The position numbers and the translations under genes were made by a program. 64,000 bases of DNA from Octopus bimaculoides (lineage: Eukaryota), in assembly GCF_001194135.2 (NCBI RefSeq), contig NC_068988.1, forward strand, positions 78,297,079-78,361,078, written 5' to 3'. Below are positions 63,640 to 64,000 of this stretch, piece by piece (positions within the stretch are counted from its first letter, which is position 1; each line of letters begins with the position of its first letter). The notes beneath the pieces are model-generated. The model saw nothing but the letters and a program-made list of their open reading frames with translations. It was not told where the DNA came from and ran no database searches.

Positions 63640-64000
63640 TCATCATCATCATCGTTTAACATCCGCTTTCCATGCTAGCATGGGTTGGACGATTTGACTG
63701 AGGACTGGTGAACCGGATGGCTACACCAGGCTCCAATCTGATTTGGCAGAGTTTCTACAGCTGGATGCCATTCCTAATGCCAACCACTCCAAGAGTGTAG
63801 TGGGTGCTTTTACGTGCCACCGGCACAAAGGCCAGTGAGGTGGTACTGGCAATGGCCACGCTCAAAATGGTATATTTTATGTGCCACCTGCACAGGAGCC
63901 AGTCCAGCAGCACTGGCACGATCTCGCTCAAATGTCTTTACACATGCCACCGGCACAAGTTCCAGGAAGGCAACGCTGGGCACAGGTGCCATCACAATTT
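63640..64000 (-). repeat. RTE-tail SINE-like repeat, antisense, cut by the window end
   Basis: catcatcgtttaacatccgctttccatgctagcatgggttggacg...; homologous to 1063-1555. Confidence 0.85.

Overview
AT-rich, repeat-dense animal genomic DNA with several N gaps. The SINE families and microsatellite style suggest an octopus/cephalopod genome (inference). The only host gene I can support is a plexin-domain-containing protein (PLXDC1/PLXDC2, TEM7 family) on the + strand. Six internal exons (5213-5335, 23450-23509, 26244-26308, 29244-29337, 32283-32375, 34609-34751) splice in frame with GT-AG sites and encode the NIDO-like region and the PSI domain. The upstream exons are probably outside the window; the stalk/TM exons could not be located. 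The introns hold many decayed mobile elements: a two-LTR Gypsy retrotransposon with a tRNA-Trp PBS, Hero-like and R4-like RLE LINE relics, RTE 3' ends, Penelope-like (PLE) fragments, mariner/Tc1/DD37D transposase relics, a Helitron-like element with a nested TIR element, MITEs and many SINEs. The most unusual signal is a set of long fold-back elements (11.8-12.5 kb, 25.0-25.4 kb, 37.9-38.3 kb). Two of them carry recognisable but mutated minimal type I hammerhead ribozyme folds. One has the layout GIY-YIG tail, tRNA-like Pol III promoter, microsatellite, hammerhead repeat. No CRISPR, rRNA or intact tRNA gene is supported. All protein family assignments are from recalled motifs, not database searches.
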